DNA of 64,000 nucleotides, from NCBI RefSeq assembly GCF_009914755.1, contig NC_060926.1; one strand, 5' to 3'. The notes beneath the pieces are model-generated. The model was not told the origin of the DNA, made no database searches, and saw nothing but the letters and a program-made list of their open reading frames with translations. The position numbers and the translations under genes are program-made. This document shows, piece by piece, positions 29,031 through 42,041 of this stretch (positions are counted from its first letter, which is position 1; each line of letters starts with the position of its first letter). The stretch is from the human T2T-CHM13v2.0 reference genome, Homo sapiens.

Positions 29031-29714
29031 GCAAGAAAGGAAAAGGCAAAAACAAGGAAGGAAAATATACTAGCCAAAAGCAAAAAGTAAACACAGAGAA
29101 ACAAGCAAGAGTAATCTGCCTTGATAAAGCAAAGGGCTGTGAGTAGCAGAATTATACTAGAGCAGAAGTAACAAGAATGGGAAGAAGGAATCCGCTGAGA
29201 GTGGGGAAGCTTAATGAGAAAGCGACATTATTATGAAGGAAGGAGAAAGAAATTAGTTAAATTTACAAAAAAATGAATTAAAACAACATAGTAGTGTGTG
29301 GAAACTCATACAGGATTTATTAAAGCATGAATAACGCACTAACTTTTAAGTTCATTTTTGTTTCCAGCAGTGTTATTATTGAAGCTTATAATAATGACCA
29401 GTACTTATCAAGAAAAGGTTAAATTATGTTCAGTATACAGTAGTTTCAGAGATTATGAAATATGTGATATATTTTGGGAAATTTTCCATCCAAATAAGGA
29501 AGCAGTGCTGCAAAAAGTGATACCTGTACATTAAGTAGAAAATCAGGATCCTCTCCCTCACGACTCTAATGGTAGCTCCTTCTTTTATGTTGGAATAATG
29601 AAGGACATGAACTTCATGGCATGGGGAACTAAGTTGGGGACATGAGAATCATTTAAAATCAGCTGATAAAAGAATGTGGAAATGGTCCTAAAATATGTAA
29701 TAGAATTGTTAGAG

Positions 29715-29852
29715 TCATGTTTCTCAAAATTTGAAAGGCACATGAATTATCTGATGTTTCTGTTAAACTGAATATTCTTATTCAGTAGGTCTGTGGTGGA
29801 GCCTGAGATTTGCAACAAATTGTCAAGTGATGGACAACACTTGGGGTAGGCA
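29715..29852 (-). mobile_element. MER5A-like
   Basis: tttctcaaaatttg..attcagtaggtctgtggtggagcctgagatt. Confidence 0.65.
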
Positions 29853-32021
29853 GGTTGAGACAACACGGAACAGAAGGTTCTTATGATAATAACCAAGGGT
29901 CAATGATGAAAGTAACTTATTTATTTTATGAACATTGCCCCCATGGCTCTATACTCTGTCTAATCAAAAGATACTCAATAGATCCCAAAAGGAAAAATAC
30001 ACCAAAAGAGCAGGCCATTCAGGAGATTTAGGAAACTTATAAAAATGGAACAAATATGCACTAAATTATTTCCACTAAGATAATTTTTAAATGCATTTGG
30101 AATTCTTATTTATTTCTACAAAGCAAAAGCCTTTTAATGCTGCACTTGTGTCTCAGAACTATTAAATTCAACTTGGAAAAAAAAATGCTTCCTTAGAAAA
30201 ATTCTTACAGGGAAGCTGCAGTCATTTTTGATTATGATTTCTAAACTACAATTCCTACCAAATTTCATATAAAATTAAAACCCAGGGTCATATAAAGCTG
30301 CCAATCAAAACATTGGCAAATGAAAAATGCACACAGTAAACATTTGGGAAAATAACGTAGCAGTTTTCTCCTTTTATTAAATTTTGACTGAACAAATGGT
30401 AAGTGCTTTGGTGTCAGAGAAGCTGCAAGAAGAAAAGGCAATGAGGTTGGAAGCAGTGTGTTATAAAGATTAAGATAACTATATTCAATTATCTTACTTG
30501 AGTATTCCCCTTACCCTCTAATACCCCTGTCCTCTGAACAAAACTTAATCAGTAGTTTTAAAACCTGAACATTTCTGGGAATTCTTCATGTTGCCTTATT
30601 TTTGTGACTTTTTAGCTCTGCAGATAGTATGAAGAAATCAAGACCACTAAAATATAAAATAGTTTTTCTAAAAAAATACCAAGAGTAATAAAGTATACTG
30701 AGGAGTCTTAAAAGGAATCTGATTCTTACTGAAAGTTCTATTTATATAGGGTTTAAACCAATATTGTTTAAAACCAACAATCATCTTTCCATTTAATCCC
30801 ATGGTCAGAGTAATGAGAGGAAAACTACATAAAAACATTAAAGTAAGAAATACGAAAATTTAGAAGAAAGACATGAATTTGCATCATCAGAATTGGGAAA
30901 ATCTAATTAGAAGAAGGAAAATAGTAATAGAATCTTCAAATAATTTTTTGGAGAGCTTTATATAAAGGTAAAGATGAAATAAGAAACAATTTAGCACAAC
31001 AGGGAAAAGAAATATTGATTAAAATCCTGATAGAGTTCTTACAAAATAAATATTATATTATAAAAAGAAGGAAAGGAGAAAAGTTGTTCAAGTTTAGAAA
31101 TGAGAGGAACTCCTAGAAAATACACTTTTTAATTCATAATTTTTAATATAGAATACGTAGAATAAGATAACTTTAAAATGTGTTTTTACACTGCAATTAG
31201 TTTCTAAAGACCTTAGTTGACTAAAATAACAATCAAAACAGCACCATTATCCTCCTCCACAGTTACTTGTACACAGCTACGTAACAGACACTTTTCTAGA
31301 CCCTGAGAACCCAAAAAGTATAAAATATGGTCAAGTGCTGTAAGTAATAACAATCCAGTGGAGTGGAGAATATATCATCTAATTTATTCGTAAATTTATG
31401 ACTTTATTCAATCTGTACCAGTGCAGCGAGTATCAATCTGGCACAAGAGGCCAGGGAAGAAAGGATGAGTACTATAGAGTTCTTGGCTTCAAGGAGCTTA
31501 TACTTCAATGGGAAAAATAAATCATGTGCATAAATTAGGTATAATTAGAAGACATCAAATGATTATTTGATTATTCCTCTGTTAGCTGCGGAATCAAGCA
31601 TAGGTATTGAGACAGGCCCCTAAAGATTTCTGGAAAGAATATTGAGAGTTTTCAAAGAAAGGGAGAGATAATATGCCACATGATGCCAGTGTTAGAACTA
31701 TTACTTATGGATGATGAGAACAAAGAATGTTTTCTTCAAGAAGTGGCTTAAAAGCCAAGTATGAAAAAATTAATAAGGTTTGAACAGAATGATTAAACAG
31801 GGAAGGCTCATGTGGCAAAGCGAAGAGCAGGGACACTGAAATAGGAAAAATAGGAAAAGCATAAGGGAAATGGAAATAAAGATGGCCATGGTTTGGCTTG
31901 AGTATAAGAATGCATATAAGGAGACCTTCAATGGAGGTGGCATGTGAGTTCATACATTAAAAATACACATTCTGTCTCTTGCTAGCTCATGTATTTTTAA
32001 TGTATGAACTCACAAGCCACG

Positions 32022-32425
32022 TGCCTATCGATGATAGACTGGATAAAGAAAATGTGGCACATATATACCATGGAATACTATGCAGCCATAAAAAAGAATG
32101 AGTTCATGTCCTTTGCAGGGACATGGATGAAACTGGAAACCATCATTCTCAGCAAACTAACACAGGAACAGAAAACCAAACACTGCATGTTCTCACTTAT
32201 AAGTGGGAGTTGAACAATGAGAACACGTGGACACAGGGAGGGGAACATCACACACTGGGGCCTGTCGGGGGGTGGGGGGATAGGGGAGGGATAGCATTAG
32301 GAGAAATACCTAATGTAGGTGATGGGTCGATGGGTGCAGCAAACCACCATGGCCCATGTATACCTGTGTAACAAACCTGCACGTTCTGCACATGTATCCC
32401 AGAACTTAAAGTATAATTTTTTTAA
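32022..32425 (+). mobile_element. L1PA7-like 3' end
   Basis: ORF2 C-terminus DWIKKMWHIYTMEYYAAIKKNEFMSFAGTWMKLETIILSKLTQEQKTKHCMFSLISGS, G-rich 3' UTR, cagaacttaaagtataat. Confidence 0.95.
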
Positions 32426-32539
32426 AAAACATACTCGAAACACACCACATGCATGCACACCCTGCCAAACATCAAACAATGATAGGTAAAATATTTCATA
32501 AGAGAAAACAATCAGATGTAAGAACAAAAGGACCATTTC

Positions 32540-33640
32540 TGTGAACCAGAAACTGTCAAATATAATCAGTAATTGCTGAAGTAGCTTGTCTCCCCAAGTA
32601 AGAAAGAAGAGTCTGGGAATTCAACTGGTGCAATCTAATGGAAATTACTCCATCTGAGGCAGGAGATTATAGCAAGTATGGTTGCTTTCTGGCTGAGAAG
32701 TATCAATAGCTGCCCAGGCTGGCCTGTGACTGTCCTGCCCTCCCGGACATTCTCTAGAACTAGAGTCCAAAGAGACCAGTAGTCGAAATTGAAGATTCTG
32801 AGATCCTAAATACTATGTAAGGAAGAGTGGAAATTGAGTGAGAAAAATAAAATCTCACTCAAGAAGAGCTTCCAAAGTAAAATTTCAAGAGACAAAATAA
32901 AATAGAACACCAAGAAAGATAACACTCAAACAAAGGGAAAACAGAAAATAGAGCACATTGAAAATATTGAAAAATAAATATGTTTAAAAAAGTTAAAGAA
33001 ATATGGATAGGAATATCATTAAAATAGAAAATTATGAAAGAGAAGTTAGCAGCTAGGAATAATGAAAGAGTGCATATGAAAAAGAACAAAGTAGAAATCA
33101 TGTAAATAATCAATGAAAAAAAGATTACTGCCAAAAAGAGGATTACTAAGTTGAAAGATGGATGGGAAAATTATTCAGAACACCACTTCAAGAGATAAGG
33201 TTTAAAAATATGACAAAAAAGGCAACATTGTAGCAGAATGACAATAGAGAGAATGATAAACAAGAAGCAAAAAGATAATGACTGAGAATTTTCCATAATT
33301 AAAGAAAACCTTAAGCTCTAAATTCAAAAAATAAACACAGATTTTTAAAAATGCCCAGACACATTGTCTGAAACTGTAAGACATTATAAACAGAAATACT
33401 TAAACATATCAAGAAAAAGGAGAACACTTACAGTAGACAAATAGATCAGCAGCACAGTTTTACTAGCAAAAAGATATGCCAGAAGATAGAATAATATCTC
33501 CAAACCATCCAGCTAAACTTTTAAATGTGAGCACAAAATGCACACTTGCAGATTTATAAAGACAGCATTTGCCACTCATTGGCCTTCACTGAGAGAACTA
33601 CTAAGGGACTATTGATACTTCAGCAAGAAAAATAGTCGTT
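32540..33640 (+). mobile_element. Old L1M 5'/ORF1 remnant
   Basis: gagataatgactgagaattttcca-like ORF1 motif, cttcactgagagaactactaaggg. Confidence 0.55.
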
Positions 33641-33644
33641 CCAT

Positions 33645-33870
33645 TCACTCCATAGCAAATGCTTTATGAGCACAACCTATATGATAGACATTGTTCATAT
33701 GCCAAGAATAGAATGGCCAAAAAGAAAACTAAAACGAAATGCAAAGTCCCTGCTATCAAGGCACTTTTACTGAAATTGGGGAATGATGCAAACAAAAAGC
33801 AAATTACTTGCCCTGAAATAATGATGAGTACTATGAAGAACAATAAAGCAGAATGAGATAAATAGTGAGA
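33645..33870 (-). mobile_element. L2 fragment
   Basis: cattcactc..atgagcacaacctatatgatagacattgttc..caaagtccctgctatcaagg. Confidence 0.6.
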
Positions 33871-33969
33871 GTCTCATTGGTTCGCATGTAGCAGTCAGTA
33901 GTCCTTCACAATTTTAAATCCTATTGGTCTCTAACATTGCCAGCCCCCCACCCCCACCCCCACCCCCCA

Positions 33970-34730
33970 GGATAGAGGCTATGCCTTGATTAGGTCCCAG
34001 ATCCCCTGGGGAGCACCTATGCATTTCATTATATGCAGTAGCTGCTGAATCCACTCTTCCTGTAAGGTCATCCTCCTTTGCGATTTCAGAAGAAGGCTTT
34101 GAAGGATATGCCTTTCTTAGCCACTGAGCAACTTACTCATTCACTTTCAGAATGTAGAAAATTGGGTGCCCAGAGGTGTTTTTGACCCTCTCAAACAGAT
34201 TCAAACTCTTTTTGTCCAGTCCATGCTGGTAATGTGGTTGCCAAGAGTTCTCTCAAAAACCTCATTGATTTTCCTTATGTTCGGTTCAAGTCAATTTAAA
34301 TGCTAAAAGCCACACTCACAATTCTTTGGGAGACATATCTCTTTCTCTAGTCTTAAAAATGGTATTGTAGTGCATCAAATTTACGTGGGACTGTTCCTTA
34401 AGCTTTCTGGGAAACCTTGTATACAGGTGAAAGCAACTACCAGACTTAGAAAACATGAAGTTTGTTAATATCTGAATTCATAGGTGTTACCAAAGGGTGT
34501 TGATAGCCAAACCCTTGATTTGTTCTTTGCACTGAGACTATGTTTTACTACCAGTACCTGAATTCTGAGGCTGTCCATAAAGGTTATACATTTTATGTAG
34601 TGAGAAACCACTCCAGTTTTCAACACTGAAATCTATGGATTCTCTATATTCTCTTTAAATTCTTCTTGTAAACCAGCCAATTATTTTCTGGGTTTATCTC
34701 TGTTTTGTATTGCTTTGTCAGATATAGCTA
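33970..34730 (-). mobile_element. MLT1-int-like (MaLR internal) remnant
   Basis: Minus strand cagaaaataattggctggtttacaagaagaatttaaagagaatatagaga resembles recalled MLT1-int. Confidence 0.45.
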
Positions 34731-35700
34731 GTCACTACCAGAGGAAAAATATAGGAATTCCAGAGGGCAAACGCAGTCATGCAAGTCTCTGATCATACAG
34801 TTATTCGGGTCTCTGATCATGTCACGTCTTGTAACATCCCATTTGTACATCATCCCATATGATCAAACTCAACGTCAATTAGAGAAGTATACTCCTTTGG
34901 AGGCTGGGTGAGGAAAGGAGAAGAAAACATTTGTTGACCAATTATCATACAATCAACCATACATAGGAATAATAAATAAAGTTCTAAATCTTCACAGAGG
35001 ATAGAAGACTCTATATGTCAAAACAGATAGTACTGAGGCTGTAGAGAGTATATATAAACAGAGAGGAGGTTGTTGCAAAGGACTGTTTGACAATAGTGTA
35101 AAAATGTCAGGGGTAGAAAAACACATGCATACTCCTCTTTATGGTCTCAAAAAAGAGGAGGCAGAAAACAGTAGCTTCTTTTAGGGAAGATTTTAAAATA
35201 ATTTGTATATACAAGGAACAGCCATTACATATATTCATATACATATGTCCACGGATGTTGAACCTAGAAGATTTCAAAGCTGAAAAATCAGCTTTTCAGA
35301 AAGTTATCATCTATCTCCACCTTTGAGTAAGAAGTCTCTTTTATTCTGGGAGTCATATTAGTGGTCCTTTAAATATGCAGATATAAGACAATGCATATTC
35401 CCAGAGATGAGAAGAAGGCTAGGTCCTGAAATGTGGAAGCTATAGGGACCTGACTCAGTTGTTTTGATGTCAAATTTGGGCATATGTGTTATGAGAGGAC
35501 ACTTCCTTTCCTTTCTTCCCACCTCTCTCCCTTCCTCCCTTTCTCCCTCTCTTTCTCTGCTTCTTTCTGTTTCCTTCTTCCTTCTCCTTTCAGTAGAACT
35601 GCCGTTTCTGATAGTTGTATTTTGTTTTTTATCCACAAGCCTTCAGTAAAATTTTGACAAAAGTGAGTCTCTGGTGTGTATCATGCTGTGAAAAATTATG

Positions 35701-35839
35701 ATGGTGGTGTGTGTCTGTAGTTCTAACTAGTCAGGAGGCTGAGTGGGGAGGATCACTTGGGCCCAGGAGCTGTGATCACACCACTGCACTCAAGCCTGGA
35801 TGACAGAGAAAGACCTTGTCTCAAAAAAAAAAAAAAAAT
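35701..35839 (+). mobile_element. AluJ right-arm/FRAM fragment
   Basis: ggaggatcacttgggcccaggagctgtgatcacaccactgcactc + poly(A). Confidence 0.85.
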
Positions 35840-36055
35840 ACAAAGAAAGAAACACTTGTCCACATTCAGAAAGAGTAGCTAAGGGGAAATTGTATCTTTT
35901 TCAGGATTGGAGTGGCATTGAGACAACCACCTGGAGCAGAAGTTTGTGCATGACAGAGAGGGGTTTTCAAAAGGGAAGGGCATCTCAGTAAGGGAGCAGT
36001 GTGGGGCATGAGAAGAAAGCCAGAGCCCAGATCCATGAGAAACAGACCTCTTGGA

Positions 36056-36305
36056 CAGTACTTTTCAAACTATAATATGCTGTCCATTAGTGGGGAGTAA
36101 AATCAGTTTCCTGGGTAACACCACCAAAAAATAAAATAGAATAGGTTAGAATGGACTGGACTAGAATAGAAAATGCCCGTACACATAATATGTTTCAAGC
36201 TAACTACAGTATTGCTTTTGCAAACTTCCACATGGGTATACTGGGTCATGATTTATAATACACTGATGACTGGTAATTATGGCTACAGATATTTGAAAAG
36301 CATTG
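36056..36305 (+). mobile_element. hAT MITE (Charlie18a-like)
   Basis: TIRs cagtacttttcaaa / tttgaaaagcattg; internal ccattagtgg, aatagaata, tactgggtcatgat. Confidence 0.65.
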
Positions 36306-36394
36306 CTTTAGAAACTCTTAGAAATTGCTCAGGGGCACTTTAAGGGGGCCTGGAGTTTATGATACTATAGCCCGTAGAGACCTGCTGAGTTGGC

Positions 36395-36515
36395 TTCCTG
36401 AGTATAAGGACTTACTTTGTTCATTAATATTTTTCTGGCTCTTTGAAAAGCATCTGACATATAGTGGGTTCTCAATAAATATTCGCTGAATAAATAAATA
36501 AAACAAATAAATGTA
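36395..36515 (+). mobile_element. L2 3' end
   Basis: ctgacatatagtgggttctcaataaatattcgctgaataaataaat. Confidence 0.7.
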
Positions 36516-36539
36516 TTTCTAGTTAGCTAGTAGCTTTCC

Positions 36540-36772
36540 TTCTTGTGGTCATTTAAATGACATAATTTTGCGACTCCGCTGTTCTCTAGGGCTTCATTGT
36601 CATCTGCATCTAGCTGCTGGTGGGGAAAAGAGCCCAGGTAGACATCCCTGCTCTTTAAAGCCTAGGCAAGATCTAGACTCAGGTCCATTCCAAAGTGTAA
36701 AGGAAGCTGGAAAATAGAGTTCAGCTGTGTGCCCAGGAAAAGAAAGAAGTAGATTCAGTAGAAAAATGGCAC
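36540..36772 (-). mobile_element. Ancient MaLR LTR fragment (MLT1K/L-like)
   Basis: ggaagctggaaaatagagttcagctgtgtgcccaggaaaagaaagaa. Confidence 0.5.
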
Positions 36773-37690
36773 AGTTAAATAAAGTATACATAATGGCACA
36801 GTTAAATAAAGTAGTACATAATACAGACCAAATAAATAATATGGTGAATGTTTTCTGTTCCAGTGAAATTGAGAGTGGTGTTTGAGAGGTTGAAAAGATG
36901 AGTTAAAGAGAGGAAATTTTAAAAAGCTAACTTATAAATATTAAACATTGATTTTTAACTTAAAAATCTAATTTGTTTTTTGCCAATTGTCAGTGCAGTT
37001 TGTACATTTAATATAGGCATTCTATTGGATATATCTTCCTTATAAAAATTATATCCATAGGGCAAACGATTTTGAGATTGATTTTCAGGTTGATTTCTTG
37101 AAGTTGGAGTGAGAACTTGTGAATCAACTTGCATTCAGATTCTTCTAGATTTTTATGATTTTTCAAACTATTTTTTCACTCATATATAAGCTGACATCAC
37201 ATTTTTTTTAAAAAAGAACTCTGATTAAATCTTTCCATCATTTTCAGTGTTAACAGAGACAGTTCTCTGTTTTTCTATATTCATTTCATTAGCTTAACAT
37301 ATGAAATAATTACAATATGCACTGGAAATAAGCACATCTGAGAGCAAACATCACTTATTCTTTGTAGGCATTCAACTAAATTTTTGGGTTCATCCCCACT
37401 GGTAACCTATTAACACAAATATTCAGCATGTTGTAGGGAAAAGTCACTAGTTTTCACTGAAAGAATGGTGAGCAATGGAGAGTTGATTAATGGGAGGGAT
37501 GATTGAGATGGCTTCATCTGTTCATAATTAAATATTGCTTATATCATCAATCTTTGTTTCTACACCCTTAATAGGCTCTTACAATATCTATTGTATATGC
37601 ATAAATACATAAAGGTCATATATTTAATATTTTTATGTTTTCTCTTTTTGCTATTCAAACAAAGCTGAATTATATTAGAATCAATCTTGT

Positions 37691-37828
37691 TGGCTCACAG
37701 CTGTAATCCCAGCTACTGGAAAGGTTAAAGCAGGAGGACTGCTTGAGGCCAGGAGTTCAAGGCTGCCTGAGCTACAATAGTGCCACACCAGCCTGAGAAA
37801 CAGAGCGAGACCCTGTCTAAATAAAAAA
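37691..37828 (+). mobile_element. Free Alu monomer fragment
   Basis: tggctcacagctgtaatcccagctact..gcttgaggccaggagttcaaggctgc..gcgagaccctgtct. Confidence 0.8.
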
Positions 37829-37959
37829 TGGATCTTTTTGATTAATACATTTGTTTAGCGTGTGGATATTTTTGGTTATTAGTGAGGTTACATGTAAAGT
37901 CTTTTCTTAGTCTTGATAATAATAATAACATAACAAGGTATTTCTTTTACACTTAGTCC

Positions 37960-38142
37960 CCAGGCTATAAATGCATCAACTCATACAATACTCTAAGCAT
38001 CCTAAGGGAAGAAATATTAGTATTCCTATCTCATAAATGAGAGAACAGGTTTGAGATGTTGACTATTTTGTTATGATCACAGAGCTAGAGTCTAGGTTTA
38101 AACTAAGATACTTTGATTCCAAAGCCAATGCTCTTAACCAGT
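37960..38142 (-). mobile_element. MIR
   Basis: tattcctatctcataaatgagagaacagg..atcacagagctag..tgattccaaagcc. Confidence 0.65.
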
Positions 38143-38518
38143 CAGTTATAAGTTTTAATCATAATTGTTAACTTTGCTTAGGTGCCTCATAAATTGACTC
38201 AGTTATTTAAGTAAGTTCCTGCTATCTAAATGTAAAATGGGGTACTACAGGCTGAAGAAACTATTTGTGAAGTCAATTATTTAACCTTTATAGGTTTTTG
38301 ATTATCGTTCTGATATGCCTTCATTTAAAGCACGTAAATAATACATAACATTTCTATGTCAAGAAATTGTTCTGATAATCCTTAAATATATAACCTTTAC
38401 ACCATAATCTATAATCTAGCTTGTCAGGGACTGGATCTACTTTTGTTGATACCTGAATTTTCTTATTTATAGCATAGTACCTGCTCCAATAAAGATTTAT
38501 TTAAGAATGCAGTGAGAG

Positions 38519-38792
38519 GTAATCCCAGCACTTTGAGAGGCTGAGGAGGGCAGATCGCCTGAGGTCAATAGTTCAAGACAGCCTGGCCAACTTGGTGAAA
38601 CCCCGTCTCTACTAAAAATACAAAAATTAGCCACGAGTGGTGGCAGGTGCCTGTAATCCCAGCTACTCAGGAGGCTGAGGCAGGAGAATTGCTTGAACCT
38701 GGGAGGTGGAAGTTGCAGTTCAGTGAGCCAAGATCACGCCATTGCACTCCAGCCTCGGCAACAAGAGCGAAACTCTGTCTAAAAAAATAAAA
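38519..38792 (+). mobile_element. AluS (Sq-like), 5'-truncated
   Basis: gccattgcactccagcc..caacaagagcgaaact; imperfect TSD aatgcagtgagagg/aatacagtgaaagg. Confidence 0.92.
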
Positions 38793-39249
38793 AATACAGT
38801 GAAAGGATGAATTAATACTTTTTTCAGTATAATATTAATATTTCCTGAGAATGGAACAGCATGTCTAAGGTAAGAAATTGTGAAATAGCAATAAATATTT
38901 TTAGTATCAATTGATATCCTTTATTTAATCTTTTGAAATTTGTTAAGACTGATTCAGCAGTTAAAATATAAAACCTCAAATATTGTAAAACTTATGAGAA
39001 GTAATATATCTGAAGGCTTATGCCCACTAAAACAAGGTTGGGCCTTAATAAGCATAAATAGGATAATTATGTTATTAATCATCTAAAAATGTATTCCATA
39101 AAACTATCCAGTGATTATTTAATGCCAGTTTTTACCAAGAACCATTACAATTTAGAAAATTCAGGATTAGCAAATGTGTATGTTATATTTAAATCACACG
39201 TACTTCTATCTGAAAATCCATTGATTTAAACCAATATAAATTTGGTAAT

Positions 39250-39731
39250 CTATGAGTAGGGGTTTCAGGAGGTAGCAAATGGCAGACTCACTAAAGACAG
39301 TCTAATAAAGGGACTTTTTAGAAAGGCATTTCTAGGGTTTAAGGGAACCACAAAAGATAATATAGTGCCCCAGCACAGTAACTTGTATACCTTACTAGTA
39401 ATAGCTAGTAACTAGTAACGACACTTTAAATGCTACCCAATGCCTGACGATGTGAGAAGTAAAAGCAGTTATGGAGGGGGCTCTGGGCTGAGGGCTGCCT
39501 TGAAGGAGATCCTTGACCTTCAGATGAGGGATGCAGTTTCCCCTGACAACCCTACATTACCTCACTCTCATCCACCCCTTTGATCATCTACTTATGCTTC
39601 CTATATGCCTAAGCCAAAGGGTAAGGGTTCTCCTTGCTAATGTCAACACAGGACAGTTTTGCCTCCGAAGAGCAGGGTGGGTCACGGTTGAGAGTAGACT
39701 GGTTGGCACAAGCAGAAGAGATGTAGCATGT
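39250..39731 (-). mobile_element. ERVL LTR (LTR33-like)
   Basis: taataaagggacttttt..agggaaccac..; gagcagggtgg..gagagtagact..gaagagatgtagca. Confidence 0.55.
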
Positions 39732-39790
39732 GGGCTAAACAAAAATTTTAAATTATTTTAGAAAAGATATTCAACCTCATTATTGTAATT

Positions 39791-39912
39791 TTAATTTACT
39801 TATTTATTTATTTTTATTTTTAAAGATAAGCTCTAACTAAATTGACCAGGCTGGTTTCAAACTCTTGGCCTCACAAAGTGCTGGGATTACAGGCATGAGC
39901 AACTATGCCTGC
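39791..39912 (-). mobile_element. FLAM/Alu left-arm fragment with internal deletion
   Basis: ccaggctggtttcaaactcttggcctcacaaagtgctgggattacaggcatgagc. Confidence 0.8.
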
Positions 39913-40094
39913 TCAAATTTTTTTCAATTTAAGAAGTCCTTTGTAAACTGTATTCAAAGTATAATTTCTAGCAAGCACTTAGATTTTGCATTGTGTAAAC
40001 TAAATGGGAAAGTAAATACAGCAAGCCTATTAATAAAGGTATTTTTTAAATGATATTTTTAATATCATTTACATGTACATTATCATTTTAATGT

Positions 40095-41058
40095 GTTTGC
40101 AAGGGTGTGGAGAAAAGAAAAGTCTTGTGAACTGTTGGTTAGAATATAGACTGGTACAGCCATTGGAAAACTGTATGGAGGTTTCTAAAGAAATTAACAA
40201 TAGAACTACCATATGACCCCAAAATACCTCATCTGGGCATATGCTCAAAGGAAATTAAATCACCATCTCATACTGATGATGGCATTCTCAAGTTCATTGC
40301 AGCATTATTAATAGTATCCAAAATATGGTAACAATCTGAGCGTCTGTTGACAGTTGGATGGATAAAGAAACTGTGGTATACAATGGAATATTATGCAGCC
40401 TCAAAAAAGAATGAGATCTTGCTATTTGTCACAACGTGGATGAGGCTGCAGGACATTATGCTAAGTAAAATAAAACAGACACAGAAAGAAAAATACAATA
40501 TGATCTCATTTATATGTGGATTCTTCAAAATAAATTTAAATATACAAAAATAGAGAATAGGCATGGTGCAGTGGCTCACACCTATAATCACTTTAGGAGG
40601 CCAAGGTGAAGGGATCACTTGAGCTCAGGCGTTTGAGGTCACAGTAAGCTATGATTGTGCCACTGCACTCCAGCCTGGGCAACAGAGCAATACCCTGTCT
40701 TTTTTTTTTTTCTTTTAAAAAGGCAATAGAGAATACATGGTGATTACCAGGTGTAGGGGTAGGCGATGTGTGTAGGTGGGAAGGAAATGGCAAGACTAGG
40801 TCAGAAGATAAAAAGTAGCAGATACATAGGGAGAACAATTCCAGAGATCTAATGTGCATGAAGACAATAGAACTTTACTGTGGTTGAGATTCCTGCTAAA
40901 TAAGCAGATTTTAGCTAATCTTGCTACAAAAATGAAAAAAAAAAGGGTAACTGTGAATAATGGAGATGTTGATTTGCTTCACTATATAGTAACCTTTCAC
41001 TATCTATATGTATCCCATAATATGTTGTATATCTTAAATATACATAATTCAATTTATT
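40095..41058 (+). mobile_element. L1MA/L1MB 3' end (interrupted by Alu monomer)
   Basis: gcaagggtgtggagaaaag..tagaactaccatatgaccc..WIKKLWYTMEYYAA..; L1MA-type 3' UTR. Confidence 0.9.
40560..40716 (+). mobile_element. Alu monomer (FAM/FRAM-like or recombined AluJ)
   Basis: Left-arm-type start, right-arm-type end; TSD aatagagaata. Confidence 0.85.
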
Positions 41059-41286
41059 TTTGTTTGTTTTTCCTATTTTTTATAAATTATACTTCAAGTT
41101 CTGGGATACATGTGTAGAACGTGCAGGTTTGTTACATAGGTATACATGTGCCATGGTGGTTTGCTGCACCCATCAGCCCATCATCTACATTAGGTATTTT
41201 TCCTAATGCTATCCCTCCTCTAACCCCCAACCTCCTGACAAGCTCTGGTGTGTGATATTCCCCTCCCTGTGTCCAGGTGTTCTCAT
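41059..41286 (-). mobile_element. L1PA7/8-like 3' end
   Basis: ttatacttcaagttctgggatacatgtgtagaacgtgcagg; 16-bp TSD cataattcaatttatt at 41043 and 41284. Confidence 0.93.
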
Positions 41287-41374
41287 AATTCAATTTATTA
41301 AAAAAAAAAATTTAAGTGGTACTTTTGAAAAGTGTGGTGGAGAATCATTAATTGATTTTAAAGAAAACTTTATC

Positions 41375-41532
41375 AATTTATTTTTAATTGACAAATAAAA
41401 ATTGGATGTATTTATGGTGTACAACATGATATTTCGAAATATGTACACACTGTGGAATGGCTAAATCAAGCTAATTAATATAAGCATTGCCTCACATACT
41501 TATCATTTATTTGTGAAGAGAACAATTAAAAT
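41375..41532 (-). mobile_element. L1MA 3' end fragment
   Basis: taattgacaaataaaattg..tttatggtgtacaacatgatattt..gtggaatggctaaatcaagctaattaa. Confidence 0.85.
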
Positions 41533-41739
41533 AACTAATATTGATAAAAGGAATAATACTTTCCTTGCCTAATCCACAAGGTTTCAGTGGGATTAAATAA
41601 AACATCTATGGACATGATGAAAATGCTATGCAAATGTAAGTTGTCTTTTTTTAAGTGAAGAAAGCAACCCTGTAATTATGCTCTTCATTTTTTCTTCCTT
41701 CATTGCATTTCTGAGAATGCACAATACTGTGTTTCTAAT

Positions 41740-42041
41740 AATCCAGTTAAAATGCAATCAAATAATTATGATATAATGTGGTAAGTGTGGGAGATTAAAT
41801 CTACATCTGGATGAGGGTTGAGCAAGGCTTCAGAGAGGAGGTGACATATGAGTTGGATTTAGAAAGCTCAATAGGAATTCAGCAGGGTGGCCAAGAAGAG
41901 GATTTCAGCAGAGGAAGGAACACAAGTGAAGACATGAATGTGTGTCACTCGTCGGCTTATTTGGGAAAGAAGGAGACCAGGGTTGCTAGCATACAAGATG
42001 TATAGGACGCAAGAAGTGGCAGAAGAGGCTGAAGAAGAAGA
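41740..42041 (-). mobile_element. L2 fragment
   Basis: aaggcttcagagaggaggtgacatatgagttggatttagaa. Confidence 0.65.

Noticed and set aside
32267-32290. G-rich G4-like tract
   Set aside because: Standard feature of the L1PA 3' UTR.
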